A stretch of 64,000 nucleotides of DNA from Paramoeba atlantica. Lineage: Eukaryota; Protista; Discosea. Positions 11,401 to 22,733 of this stretch are shown piece by piece; the stretch's first letter is position 1, and every line of letters starts with the position of its first letter. Both the position numbers and the translations under genes were made by a program. Location of the stretch: the NCBI GenBank assembly GCA_977017575.1, contig CDRNVI010000143.1:62001-126000 (forward strand), written 5' to 3'. Below the pieces are notes generated by a model. The model had not been told where the DNA came from. It saw only the letters and a list, made by a program, of their open reading frames with translations, and searched no databases.

Positions 11401-13570
11401 CTTCTTTCATTCCTCGAGTACCCCTTCTAAGGCAGCCAAAGATCCATTTTGGGAGGAGGATCAGGAGTTGGGGTATCTTATGAAAGAGGTGTCATACAGC
11501 ACAAAAAGTTTTGATGACTGTATCACAAAGGCAGAGTGGTACTGAGTCCATGTAGCGGAGGGGGATGTGTTTTGAGAAGGAGTCTCCTTCAAGAGAGAGG
11601 ATGAAGTTCATTGTAGTCTCTTCTTTGCTTCCATGAGGAAGGGTTGTAGAGTGCCCATGATTGAAGAAGAGTTGTTGGATGTGTTGTGGGTCTGGGTCGA
11701 GGATGGGTGTGATTCTCCAGGTGTTGTCAGGGCATCCTCTGTGTACTGCTAAACTTGTGATCCTATCTGCCAAAGAGTTGTTCTCGCGGTTTCTCCAGTT
11801 AATATGGTTTTCAGGGCTTGGGAGAATGGATGAGAGAGTGGACAATTTCCTTGTTCTCATGAATGACACAGAGTGATGAGCTTCCAACGCACCATCCATT
11901 TGGGTTGGTAGCAACAGATCCATCCCCACAGATGAAAAAGAAGTTGTCTTTGACATTTGTGAGCGAGATTTCAGGAGGCTGTGGTGCAGGTTTCCAGTGT
12001 TGCCAGAACTGTAGGAGAAAGGCTATTCTCCCCGCGCTACTTGCGATTTGAGAGAAGGGGGACGATATCTCATCTTGCTTTGTTTGTTGAGCATTTTTGA
12101 AATCTGAGGAGAGAATGGGAGTAAGGTCTTAGTTTTTTTGTTGGCCACCAAAGAAGTGGTTGATTCCAAGTCCAAGGAGGTCACAAGCTCTGCATGTTTG
12201 GAGGGAGCTTGTTCTTGCGCGATCCAAGTTTCTGAAGCGGGGGACAGTTAAGACTATATCTTCAAAGGAGCCATTTTCGAAGAGTTCAAGGATAAGGGAG
12301 AGGGAGGGAGGAGTTTGTTGAAAAGAAGGTGGGCCATGAGAAGAAGGGCGGTGGGAAAGTTGTTGGGGAGGGGGAGCGAGAGGGGAGTGAGAGGGGGTGT
12401 GGGAAGGGAGGTGGTGAGGTGGGCTTGGGGGGGGGCAAATGAGGTGGATGGGAAGGAGGGTGGAGAGGTGTGTGAGGTGAGGGGTGAGATGGGGGAGGAG
12501 GAAAAGGGGTGATGGGATGGTTTTCTGTGCTGTTGTGGCATTGTGTTGAACAATAATGCATTTGACAGTGGTTACAGGAGATGTGGGAGCCAACTTCTGC
12601 TTTACCATTGCATTCAGGGTTGTTACATGAAGGGGGAGGGGTGCTGGAGGGATCGAGATCAGGATTAAGATTGAGATGCAGAGAGGGATAGGGAGTGGGG
12701 GAGGGGAGTGGGGAGGGAGGGGGGGAGGGAAGTGGGAAGGGAGGGTGGGAGGGAATTGGGGAGGGAGGGTGGGAGGGGGGATTGGAGGGAGAGCAGGGAG
12801 GGGAGGTTAGGGATGGGAGAGGTTGGGGGGGGGGGGGGAGGAAGAGGGTGACAGAGAGTTTGTGACTTCCTGTGGTGGGAAAAGGAGCAGAATGTAAGGA
12901 GGCACTTCTCGCATCGGGAGACTATTACTTTTTGGTGTTGGCCTCTGCATCTTTGGTATGAGCAATTGCCAAGGAATTTTGGAGGATGTGAAGTTGTCTT
13001 CTGGGCCTGAGGATTGTCCATTCGATTTAGTTCTTTTTCTCTTTCTTTTCTGTTTCTTTCATTCTTTTCTTTTTCTGATTTTTCTCTTTCTTCCTCTTTT
13101 TTTCCATTCTTTTTCCTTCCTGTTTTTTTTCCTCCTCTATTTTCTTTTTCTTTTCATTCTCTTCCTTTCTTTTCTCTCTTTCTTCGTTGTTTCTGCTCCT
13201 GCTCTCTCGCTTTTTTGGGGTTCTCTTTGTCTTTTTCCTTCCTTTTCTCTTTCTCTGACCTCTTCTTTTTTTCCTTCTTTTTCTTTTTCTTGCTCTCCTT
13301 CTTGGCTGTGACTCTTTCTCCACTTGGCCTGAGTGAAGTTTTGGGAACTGAAAGTTTTCTGTGCTATCTGGTTTGAGGGTGCCCAGGATCGAGAGGTATG
13401 GCTGTGGCAATCTCGAAAATCTTTTGTTACATCAGGGGTGGGGAGCAGAGCTTTTGAAGGTGGGGTTTGAGAGGAAGAGGGGAGAGTGGGTATTGATTTG
13501 GATGAAGTGGGAAGTGATTGGTGGTGTGGTTGGTTTGTGGTTTGTTGTTTGTTGTTTTTCAAGGGGGAAA
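8418..13570 (-). mobile_element. CRE/SLACS-clade non-LTR retrotransposon (RT + CCHC + restriction-like endonuclease), degenerate
   Basis: Minus-strand poly(A)16 at 8418-8433 with AATAAA at 8448-8453. RT motifs GIRPIGVAEVLKRWA, GVQQGDPLG and FVDD; CGFC-x8-HLSDC knuckle; REL motif QPDLTICEW...CIDVRV just after an in-frame TGA (9175-9177). The 5' boundary is approximate. Confidence 0.85.
8433..11480 (-). pseudogene. CRE-like RT/endonuclease ORF broken by stops and frameshifts
   Basis: ORF-track pieces 9803-11410, 9175-9699 and 8433-8669 plus intervening frames are collinear with CRE pol (KGHLSKAARKL, AAHHARIMKHREYVDRC, FLPASSSSGGG). Confidence 0.8.
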
Positions 13571-13889
13571 AAGTCTTTTTTTTTCCTCTTTTTTTCTTTT
13601 CTTTTTCTTTTGAAATCTCTTTTTTTTTTCCTTTCCTCCCCTCTCTCCTTTTTTTTTTTTTGTCTTTTTGTCTTTTTCACTTTGTTTTTGTTTTTCTTTT
13701 CTTTCTCTTTCATTCTTCTTCTCTCTTTTGGGATTTTTGAATTCTTTGTTTTTCTTTTGTCTCTCCTTTCTCCCTTTCTCACCACCACTCTTTCTCTCTT
13801 TCTAGAGTGCAAACATGCCCAAAGTTGTGCAGGTAGCACCATGACAAAGATTTTTTTCTTTTTTTGTTCTTTTGTTTTGGAGTTGAATT

Positions 13890-14540
13890 GTCCTGGCCCT
13901 TGAAATTGCTCAAAAAAATTGTTGTACAACTCTGATTAAGGCAGGTATTTCTTTCAATCCCCAAAATTCTTTTGGATTTTGAATTCAAAGACCCTCTTCT
14001 TGAAACTGATCTTTTTTTTTTTTGAAAAAAAGACTCATGAAACCCATAAAGAAGCAATTCTTGAAAGTAGTGCAGGCTGAGTGTGAATATAGAACCAGAC
14101 CACAAAGCAATGACTTATGCTGGACCATTCATTGCTGTTCCTTCCTTGTTTGAGGAGAAATGGTGAAGACAATTAGAAAAGGCTTTAGACTGAAAAATTA
14201 TTAGAGAAGGACTGACCTCCTGGAACCAGTGATTGAAACATCGAAAATTGTGAATTGTTGTTGAACATTTTGTTTTGGATGAAAATGGTTGTTTTTCTTT
14301 ATTGGCCCCCAAATTTTTTGATAAAGTTGGACAATCTGCTTTTGTGGAAGTGGTGGGGAATTTTCTGGTGGTTTATGAAGTGGTCATGATTGAAACAAGG
14401 AAAGCCAACCTGCTTGTGGTTATTTTATTTGCTGCCCACCACACATCAAAGTGTTGGATGATCTTGATCTTTTTGTTGATAAAGTTTATCATTTGATTGA
14501 TCTTTCTGAGGAAATTTCATTTCATGACCTCCTTGCTTGC
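13890..14540 (-). pseudogene. Decayed pogo/Tc5 (CENP-B HTH + DDE_1)-like transposase relic
   Basis: Frame-hopping motifs in the expected order: GGHEMKFPQKDQ (HTH start), SRLSNFIKKFGG (recognition helix), GSRR/SLIIFQSK, ELLLYGFHESFF (LLxDxHxSH-like). Many stops. Confidence 0.4.
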
Positions 14541-15584
14541 AAAGAAGACTGAGGAGGATGAGGAGAATGATGAAAAAGGAAAAGAAGAAGAGGAGGAGCA
14601 GGTAAGAACTTTTGAACTTGGTGTTGGTGGATTGCAATTCTCTTTCTTCCCTTGATATAGCCCAGAGAAATATTTCTCCTGCAATTTGAGAATTTTTCCG
14701 AATTTTTTTGAAAAAAGACTCTACTCTTCCATCACCAACCACAATCCAATAGATTTGTTGTGAAGGCAGCATCCAATCAAAATTAGAAGCACTACTATGA
14801 GTCCAAGAATGAAAATCCTCAACTCTCTCTTATGATGGAAGTTTATCACAAGGACAAAATCTTCTTTCTGTTGATATCCAGGGCAAAGGTAGGCATGTTA
14901 ATTTAGGTATTTGAGAAACAGTTGATCATGATGCCCTGTCAATTGCAAAGGATATTTTTTCTCTTTTAAATGGTCTTTAAAATCTAGCAAAGAAATTCTC
15001 TAAAACCCAGTCCTTTTCAGATTCTTTGAGCCTCTCTTCCTTTGAATCTGTGATGGGGGATCATACTCCTTCAAACCCAGCAGCAGTTGGAGAATTGAGT
15101 CAAATGGCTGGAAAAATCCTTCAGATTCTTGGTTGCCATGTCCATAAATGTAATCTTGTTGAAGAAGCTTTTTGAAAGGTCCTAATCAAAAACCTGTCTT
15201 CTTGAGTTGAACAGGTTGTTGATGATGATAGTTTTGATTGTGGTGGTGGATCTGACTTATTGATGAAGGCTCCAACAAGAGTGAAAAATATTCACTCTTT
15301 TTCACACTTTCTGTATCAACTTGGAAAACTTACACTGACTTCATTAAATAAGTATGGGCATTCTGAAAAATTTCAGGTCTGAACAGCACAACATAATTTT
15401 ATCCACCACCACCTCACACCTCTCCACTCAAATCAGTTTTTAGTTTATTCATACAATAGTTTGACTTGTTATCAAGACTTACACTATTAGAAAATGTTTG
15501 TAGGGAGTTGTTTGCCTTTTTCCACTTGAACATTTGAAATAAAGAATGAACAAGAAATTATTAAAAGTGATTTTTTGAATATTA

Positions 15585-16350
15585 ATTTTTTTGTAATTTC
15601 AATTTCTTAATTATGTTTTCATATTAAATAGAATGTTTTAATTTATTTTTTAATTTTATGATATGTTTTAAATTTATTTTTCATTTTAAAAATATTTTTT
15701 AAGTTGGTTCAATCAAATTTCTTAATTGTTTTGAATTGATGTATTTGATTTATTTTTTATTTTCTTTTTTTTTACATTAATTTTTTGTAATTTCAATTTC
15801 TTAATTATGTTTCCATATTGAATGTAATTTCTTAATTTATTTTCTGATTCTCTGATATTTTTAGAACTTATTTTTTAGATCTGTGATATTTTTTAAGTTG
15901 GTTCAATAAAATTTCTTAATTGTTTTTGGTTGATGTATTTGATTTATTTTTTGTTTCATTTTTTTCATATTATTTTTTTGTAATTTCAATTTCTTAATTA
16001 TGTCTCTATATTGAATGCAATTCTTTAATTTATTTTCTGATTCTCTAATATTTTTAGAACTTATTTTTCAGATCTGTGATATTTTTTAAGTTGGTTCAAT
16101 AAAATTTCTTAATTGTTTTTGGTTGATGTATTTGATTTATTTTTTGTTTCATTTTTTTCATATTATTTTTTTGTAATTTCAATTTCTTAATTATGTCTCC
16201 ATATTGAATGCAATTCCTTAATTTATTTTCTGATTCTGTGATATTTTTTGAACTTATTTTTCAGATCTATGATATTTTTTAAGTTGGTTCAATCAAATTT
16301 CTTAATTGTTTTGAATTGATGTATTTAATTTATTTTTTATTTTCTTTTTT
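15585..16350. repeat. AT-rich tandem satellite, ~193-bp unit, ~4 copies
   Basis: GTAATTTCAATTTCTTAATTATG starts at 15593, 15787, 15980 and 16173 (spacings 194, 193, 193). Confidence 0.92.
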
Positions 16351-17479
16351 TATCAAAAATTTTTTTCTCTTTTTTAAATATTTAAAATCTTATTTTTTTC
16401 AAAAATATAAAAATTAAATTGAGAAAAATATTTTTTTTTTAGCCAAATAAAGAAAATTAGTTTTGTTTCTGAAATTGATTTTAGTTTTTTGTTTGTTTTT
16501 GTTGGTTTTTGTTTAATTGTTTCATTTCACCTAAATTCATTTTTAAGAATCTATTATCTTCTTTTACAAAAAAAAAAAAAAATCTTTTGTCTTTTTTGTT
16601 AAAGTAATTTCATTGTAAAATTTAAAACTTTTAGTTCATGAATACATTCTTTTTTATAAAACCTTTGAATGAGAAAAGTTAACTCTTTGTTAAACTTTAA
16701 TTAAGTAATGTTATTGTTTTTATGAAAAATTGATTTTTAATAATCCAAATGAAAAAGAATAAATAAAAACTTTCACAACTATAAGTTGTTTTTTTCAAAT
16801 TGACTAACAACAAAACAGAAAACTTTTCAAAACTTAGGGTAATCTGCTTTTTGGAGTGAAATCAAAGATATAAAAACACTTTACAAAGATTGAACCTTCT
16901 CAAATTGATAAAATTGTTAAGTATGTGTAAAAATGTAATGGAAACCAAGTTTCATTGATCCAAACCACCTTCAAAGATTGAATTAATACCACTTTCTCAA
17001 AAGCAATCTCTTTCACCTGAATTTATTTCTTTGTTTAGAGTGAAAAACAATTTTTTCTTATTGATTCAGAGTCACTTGAGGCAGAGAGGTACAGTTTGTT
17101 TGAGGAAAAGCTGAAACAAAATATAAAAAAATTGTAAGAAAAGATTGATGCTGCTCACTCTCAATTGATCATAAATATTAATGAAACTGATTTTAATTGC
17201 AAAAAAGATACTGAAAAACTCAAAGTTGTTTTAATATATAATTGCCCACATATATATTGTTCCTCTTGAAATGAATTCTATATCACTTTAATGCTTATAG
17301 TTGGTATTATTGGATGGAGTCTTTCAATTTTTGCAATTATCAAAACAATATTCTTTGTTTTAGACTTAAAGGTGATGTATAATTTCTTAGTGAATGAGTA
17401 GTATTATGTAATATTATTTTCATCACCAAATATCAATAATAAGTTATTTTCTTATTAAATTGATAAAATTCTTATTCTA

Positions 17480-19770
17480 AAAGTGATTATAAGATGTTGA
17501 TTTTTAGAGTTCAAAGATAATACCAAAACTCTTCTTATCTTAAATAGTTGTTTTGCTTATAGTGTTGCAAACCTTCAAGCCTTAACTTGTAATTTCACAA
17601 AGTAATTCATTTAAAGCATAATTTTTTCTAGTGTGGGTTTTGAACATTGCCTTGGTAAGAATTATACAATCTTCAACAATCACAATCTTTTTTATCATTG
17701 ATTTAACACTTTGTATCCCTTTTAAGTAGCCTATAAATTCACCAATATTGTTAAAGCTAAGAGAAATGATTTCAAACCCACCACATATCTCTCTCTCTTT
17801 CCTGAAAACTGCAAAATCTGCACCCCCCAGATGAGGGCCTATATATCTTGAATCATTATAAAACATTTAAAAGCTTTTGAATTTAAAGCTTTTCTTCTTT
17901 TTAGATTCTTTTTTGATTTGAGTTTTTGGAGGCTAAAGAAGGATTTTATTCTTTCTCAGGATTTTTCTAACAATTTTCATAGTAGACTAAACTAATTTAG
18001 TTTCTTCTGCACACACTGTGAGCCACAAACTTAGCAAGGCAACACTCACCATAGAGGTTTCTTGCCTAGTAAGATACTTTGAGACAAGACCACATACATT
18101 TTTAGTTTCTTACCAATTGAGTACTTTCAGCAAAATACATTTCCTTCCTCTTGCTTGAAGAAAACCCTCAACCACAAAGCATTTTTCCAGTCAATGAGAT
18201 TATGACTCCTTTTCTCAGTGGCAGAGGCAACAACTTGAATCTTGGTTTGAGAAGTGAGACAATTTGTTTCTTGTAGATAGTTCTTTTATTAGAAATTTAA
18301 GTAAATTCTTCTTAAACTGAGGTTTAATTGCATGAACCAAGTTGTACACCACATACTCAGCTCTTCTTTTCCCCACATACAAGTCTTTGATTTCAATTGA
18401 AATCATTTGAGACATATTGGTATATGCAACACAAGTGGCCTGGCCAAACACAACTTTGGAAGAAAGGCTTTGGGCTGCAATGAAAGCATCCTTCCACATG
18501 GCTTCAATGGAGAGAGGACTCTAATAATCACTCTTCATTGGTGGACAAGAGGTGAAAAGAGCCCAGTTAAAAACAATAGGGTGATGTAGTTGAGGATTTG
18601 AGTCCAAAGAGGATAGCATAAAGTAAGAACAGAGGTTTTAGTGTTGGCATAGGCACCCAGAGCTGAGCAAATGGATTTCCACATCAAAGAGGTGATAGAT
18701 TTTAGGATCAACTTGAATCTCACTAAGTATTCCATACATGGAGTTAGATAGATATTGACCATCCTCACTCTTGAGTAAAAATTCCCACCTCTCTTTTTAA
18801 TTGCTGTTCCAACTTTCTTCATCTTTTGGACCACCTTCTCTCAATCTTTGAGAGAAGATAACCATTTATTCAATCTCACTCCCAGTTTCATCACCACAGT
18901 AATTGAGTCTTGCCATCTCAGACCAGGGGCCTACTGGTTTGTAAGACTCAGTGAGGATAAAGCACTTATTAAAGTTTAGTTTAGCTTCAGTTGCTTCTTT
19001 ATATTTCTTAAAGGTTGGAGTGAGAGAATTGATGGTTTCAGCTCTCTGAAGCACTATCCCCAAATCATCCATAAAGCCTGACAGATCTTGGAGGTTTGTG
19101 TTTCTTCTTCAAACTCACAAGGAGGATGTCAAACACAATCACAAACAATAGAAGGGAGATTGAGCATCCTTGTCTAACTCCTGTCCAGCTTTGGATTGAT
19201 TCTTTGGTGCCTGCCCTCTTGGATTCACTAATATTTAGCAGCCAGGTTACATATTCACAAAGGACTTTCTCAACAACATAGATTGCTTGAGGGGAGCATT
19301 TAGACCTTTGAGAATATGAAGGAGTGCATCACAATTCACATAATCATATGTTTTGCAAAAGTCTGTTTGGAGGAGAGTCACATCTTTTCCCTCTGCCAAA
19401 GCTTTGTAAAAAGAGTTATATACTGATTCTACTGCTTCATCAATTGATCTCCTGAAAATTCATAATTTCACCTGCTTGTTGAATTAATTCTACTCACATA
19501 TCAAAGTACTTCTCTTGTGTTGCCTTATACAAAAAGAAGGGAATACCATCAGGTCCTGTGCTGGTGTTGTTGGTTCTCTGAAGTAGTTTATCGACTTTCT
19601 TCCTGTCCACATCATGTTTCTCAACTGGAGGGAAATGAAGTTGGTGGTCAGCAATCAGTTCATCAAGAGAATCTTTGTTATATGGTCTTTCTGTGCTGAG
19701 AAAACCCTCCCAAAAATCCTTAATTGCTTTTTTAACCACATTATCATTATGAAAGATCACCCCATCCATG
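17480..19770 (-). mobile_element. 5'-truncated, decayed L1/Tx1-like non-LTR retrotransposon with C-terminal RNase H
   Basis: STGPDGIPFFLYK (RT domain 0), GVRQGCSISLLLFVIVFD and FMDDLG. RNase H-like ORF 17582-17866 (GGADFAVF, FNNIGEFIGYLKGI, IVIVEDC). Several stops and frameshifts; no endonuclease region seen. Confidence 0.8.
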
Positions 19771-19774
19771 ATTA

Positions 19775-20110
19775 CATGTTGTTTTTAACAAAAAGATGAA
19801 GACCATCTTTGCTTCAAGTTAACAGCTCTGTCAGGTCTGTTTGAATGAGTGTATAGTGGTGTGGTTCTACAAATTGACTTCTAGTTGAATGTTTGTTCAA
19901 AAAGAAACTATATTTTTTTGGAAATGAACATCATTTTATTGGTTGAGGGGAGACTAGAGTGATATTTTTTCTTGAAATTGTCAAGGGAAAGTTCCATCCT
20001 CTTGAAATTCCTGAAATGGGCTTGTTCAAGTTTCAACCTTTATCAGGTTTTGGAGTGAAAACTGTTGGTTTAATGCTTTACATGAGAGTGAGCTTAAGCT
20101 GCACTTGCAA
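19775..20110 (+). pseudogene. piggyBac-like transposase fragment, same family as the 22.7-25.2 kb element but opposite orientation
   Basis: IFFLEIVKGKFHPLEIPEMGLFKFQPLSGFGVKTVGLML aligns with IFFLEIVEGKSHPPEMGLPKFQPPSGFGAKTVGLML; DNA similarity to ~23800-24090. Confidence 0.85.
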
Positions 20111-22733
20111 TCATAGTGTTTTTAGGATTGAAGTGACTTCAAATATTTCTTTTGAGCCTTTAAAAAAAAATCTGATGTTATATCCATATGTTCACTCTTG
20201 TGGTCTCTTTTCTGATTTGTTTGTTTTTTGGTTGAATGAAGATGGTGAAGGTTGAAGAAATGGAACAAAAAAGAAAAAGAAAAAGGAAAAAAAGTGTGTG
20301 TTTATTATTCTTTTGATGATTAAATTGTTTGATTTGAAAGAAAAGGTTATGTATAGAAGTTGAAGGTGATGATGTTGTGAAAGGGAAAAAAAGAACCTGT
20401 TTTGTTGATTGATCCAAACAGAAACTCTTTCACTAGAGACTCCCATTCCTGGATGTATTCTCAGTGATCTTGACTTGACACTGATTGTTTGAAGAAACTC
20501 TAATTCAAGTTCTTCTTCTTCTTCTTCTTTATTGTCTGGGTTAATGCAACCTGATGTAAGCTCATAAAGAAAACACTGATCACAGTAGTCTTCAGTGTTT
20601 TTGGCTGAACATTGGAAAACTTTTGAAAGTGAAAGGAATTGGCCAAAGACACAACATTTGGTCCTCCCTCATCTCAACTTATGGCAACATATAGCTTTTG
20701 AAATGTTCTCAAGTAATTGCATGAACCTGGTCCAGTGGTTTGCTCAATCTGACCAAACCCCTCCACCACCCAAAAGGAAAAGAGAAGAGGAAATTGACCT
20801 CCAAGCAGCAAAAAAGCAAATGCTGACACAACTCAATGAAATGATTGAGAATTGTAAGGACCTTAATGAACTCAAAAGAAAATTGGACAAACAAAAATGA
20901 TTCAACTGTTACTGTTCATCATGAGCAAGATAACAGTTTCACTCTCATCATTGGAGATCTGGAAAGAGATTTATTTTGAAACTTTGCTCCCCTGCTCAAA
21001 CCAAACAAAAATTATCAGAAAACATGAGTCAACTTGCTTCCTCAACAAACAGTCATCATTTTGGGTCTGAGGTGTTGCATGGGTCAACTTGTTCTCCAGT
21101 GTGCACTCCAAGAGCCCACATCACTCAAGGCTTCAAGATTGGCCAAAACACTGAGTATGCAATTGATAGGTCAACTTTGTATAAGACATTTATTAATGCA
21201 TCAATGGGTCAACTTTCAATTTCAGTTTCAAACACCAGGCCACTTGAGTGGTGATGCTCTCACTGAACCTTATCTGGAATGGAGGAGGATGTTGAGTGCA
21301 CACACCCATGCCAAAACCAAATGTAGGGCACAAAAGAGTCACCCAAAAGATTAATGCTTTATCTGAGCAAGACTTAGTTTGAATAACTGATGAACAAACT
21401 CCTAAGGAGAGGGGTAAGGACAAGCAGAGATATTGGAGAGGAAACAAAGCAATAGACTTGAATTGAACAAATGGCTGATTCATTTTGTAAACAAATGAGA
21501 AATCTTCTCTTGAATGGAATATTACCAGAATCAAAAATAGAAGCAAAGAATAATCAATTTTGAATTTCCAATTCTGTGTCCACAAGTTCATCTTGCATGA
21601 TTTGACATCTTTAAAGTAAATTAAAAACCAGAAGAGAAGAAGGCAAAGAAGAAAGAAGGGGTAAGACAAGAGTGGATGAGGGGCAAAATGGGGCGCACAG
21701 GAGATGGACAAAAAGTGCACACATCATCAGAAGGAATGCAATATCTCAAAAGATATCCTTGATCAAAGAATCTAAGCACTTTCTGCACCTAAAAAGCACT
21801 CTTGTACCTCATCATTGTAGTCACCATGATCAAATTCATGCAACATGGTGTGGAAGACCAGCTTGTGGAATTAATGAGGGGAATAGAGGGAAATGGAGAA
21901 AGAGAATTTAGGACTTGAGAAAGAAATAAAAGAGAGAGAAAGACACATGAGAATGGAAAGGATGAGAAAGTGAAATTTGATTTAGGAGAAATCTTCAATC
22001 CTATCAACAAGAACAGAAGAAAATGATTCTCTAACACCAACTTTAGGAAATCCAAGGATCTTGAGAGGTGGACATTATCAAATAAGAAGGTTCAAGGAGA
22101 TTTCAAAGAAAGTGATGAAGAAATATGAACCCAAGAAGAGCAGACTAGTAATGCCAATCAGCTCAGTTGGCCAAAAGGATGAATATTTCCCCCCTTAATA
22201 AGGGTCACTGAGATCCTCAGGGGATGCAAGGGGGGGTTTGAATATTGAGACCTTTTGTCAAGCCACCTTTTGGGCAGTTAAGAGGAAGCAGCCAAGAACC
22301 TATTTGAATGTTGAATTGGCCCAATTGGTTCAGATTGCAATCAGAAAGAAAAGAAGATGGAAGATTGAGATCAAGATAAATAAGGGGGGGGGTTTTGGAG
22401 TTGGCTTAAGAAACTTTACTCCAAAAGGGGAAGAGACCAAAACCAAGGATAATCAAGAAGGATAAACAATGGAAAAGAAGGCCAGAGAAAGTACTCAAGA
22501 AGTATGCAAAGGAACAGGACAAAGAGGAGACTTCACCAACAGCAGCATCTCCAGCCTTTTTGTACCAAAGAGAAAGATTGATCTGAAATATGTGAACCAC
22601 ACAGCACAAAAACTGTGAGACTCTGGGAAAAATGTTTCACCATCTTCCAAAAGAAAAGAAAAAACCAGAAAAAAAGAAAAAACCAGAAAAACCAGAAAAA
22701 AAACAAATAAAATTGTTAAACTCTCCAGAAAAT

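Noticed and set aside
8381-13600. Target-site duplication of the CRE-like element (TCTTTTTTTTTC at both ends)
   Set aside because: The match is in low-complexity sequence and the 5' end is ill-defined.
17200-17290. RING-finger remnant (CPHIYCSS*)
   Set aside because: Only a partial motif, with a stop and no supporting ORF.
20500-22560. Decayed DIRS/Ngaro-like tyrosine-recombinase retroelement on the + strand
   Set aside because: Vague RT, RNase H and recombinase-like echoes need several assumed frameshifts; no motif is intact enough to support a call without an HMM search.
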